Made by a program: the position numbers and the translations under genes
Assembly (NCBI GenBank): GCA_043808785.1
Contig: JAZDEL010000003.1
Span: 1-32,000, forward strand
Length of the DNA stretch: 32,000 bases
Source of the DNA: Candidatus Iainarchaeum sp.
GTDB taxonomy: Archaea; Iainarchaeota; Iainarchaeia; Iainarchaeales; JAZDEL01
Reading direction: 5' to 3'
Part shown: positions 31,510 to 32,000 of the stretch, piece after piece
How positions within the stretch are numbered: the first letter of the stretch is position 1
How the letters are laid out: the number at the start of each line of letters is the position of its first letter
Notes under the pieces: model-generated
Databases searched by the model: none
Told to the model about the DNA's origin: nothing
The model's input: the letters and a program-made list of their open reading frames with translations, nothing else

Positions 31510-31636
31510 TTTTCACACCCCTTGTTTTGGTTTTAATTTTTCGCCGCACAGCGCCGCGCGCACGGCACCGCAGTTGCGGCAGCCGCTTCGGCCGCCGCAG
31601 CAATCCCTGCCTTTGCCTGCGCGCTTTTGCCCTCCC

Positions 31637-31831
31637 TTACCTGCTCAGGCGCAGCGCGTGCATCCCTATCGTATTTATCCCCATCTTCTGCGCAATCTCG
31701 CTTTTCTCGGGGTCGATTATTACAACATAGCCGCGCCAGAAGGTTGTGAAAGAGGTGCTTCCGCACACCGGGCACTTTTCCCCTGTTTCAATTACCTTCC
31801 TGCACTGCCTGCATGCCTTTCCTTTCTGCAT
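31637..31831 (-). CDS. spt4: transcription elongation factor Spt4 (RpoE'')
   Basis: KACRQCRKV...CPVCGS zinc ribbon followed by WRGYVVIIDPEKSEIAQKMG. GGAGG lies 8 nt upstream. The conserved spt4-rps24e-rps27ae order is present. Confidence 0.87.
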   Translation of the reverse strand: MQKGKACRQCRKVIETGEKCPVCGSTSFTTFWRGYVVIIDPEKSEIAQKMGINTIGMHALRLSR

Positions 31832-32000
31832 AATTTATTCCTCCGTTTTAGGTTGCCGCGCCGCCTGCCTTATTTGCCGTGCGCACTTCCTTCTCGGTTT
31901 GCCGCGCAGTTATTGCGCGGGCGTTTCATTCCTTGCCCTTCGCCCCATTGCCTGCTTAGGCGGGAGCCTCCTTCCTCGCTGACTGCTTCCTGCTGTCAGC

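Noticed and set aside
30724-31536. 270-aa plus-strand ORF spanning the region opposite rps27ae and rps24e.
   Set aside because: It crosses two well-supported minus-strand ribosomal protein genes and their spacer. The product is Leu/Arg/Pro/Phe-rich and has no features.
31910-32000. An open minus-strand frame running off the right edge, which could be the 3' end of an upstream gene such as rpoE'.
   Set aside because: Only about 30 Arg/Gly-rich codons are visible and there is no recognisable motif, so there is too little to support a feature.

Overview
The window reads as a gene-dense archaeal chromosome segment. Archaea-specific markers include the PolD small subunit, ribosomal proteins S3Ae, S24e and S27ae, Spt4, Kae1 and Bud32, CDP-archaeol synthase, and an archaeosortase-like protein. 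I see no rRNA, tRNA, CRISPR array, transposase or integrase.

**Gene content, left to right**
- polD small subunit and a UPF0147 gene (minus strand).
- secF and secD (plus strand), separated by an unusually long repeat-filled spacer.
- A RelE/RHH toxin-antitoxin pair.
- A sequon-rich membrane protein.
- An archaeosortase-like gene whose start overlaps the stop of carS.
- sppA, a DUF92 gene, rps3ae and rps15.
- A second, paralogous RelE/RHH pair.
- A Cys-rich exported protein.
- bud32, valS and an MBL-fold hydrolase.
- A grpE-dnaK-dnaJ cluster with extra small genes, transcribed divergently from a winged-helix regulator.
- Small membrane proteins, an APC permease and a bacterial-type alanine dehydrogenase.
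- Two AT-rich tandem paralogs of unknown function, coupled to kae1.
- A YrdC-only sua5/tsaC, a CPBP protease, rps27ae, rps24e and spt4.

**General properties**
- Housekeeping genes are roughly 55-62% GC and the accessory islets roughly 36-49%. These are hand counts on 100-nt samples only.
- Many genes appear to start with TTG or GTG, and several stop and start codons overlap.
- Plus-strand small genes have TTTATA-type boxes about 22-28 nt upstream of the ATG, which suggests leaderless mRNAs.

**Most interesting observations**
1. The uncharacterised paralog pair downstream of sua5-kae1.
2. A dispersed CAAACCCGC...GCGGGTTTTTTTGG palindromic element family, with one copy translated in-frame inside bud32.
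3. An SD-preceded 26-codon Cys-rich sORF plus hairpin between grpE and dnaK.
4. The overlap between carS and the archaeosortase-like gene.
5. Lys/Ala/Glu-rich tails on several housekeeping proteins.

All functional calls come from motif recognition by eye. No database search was run.
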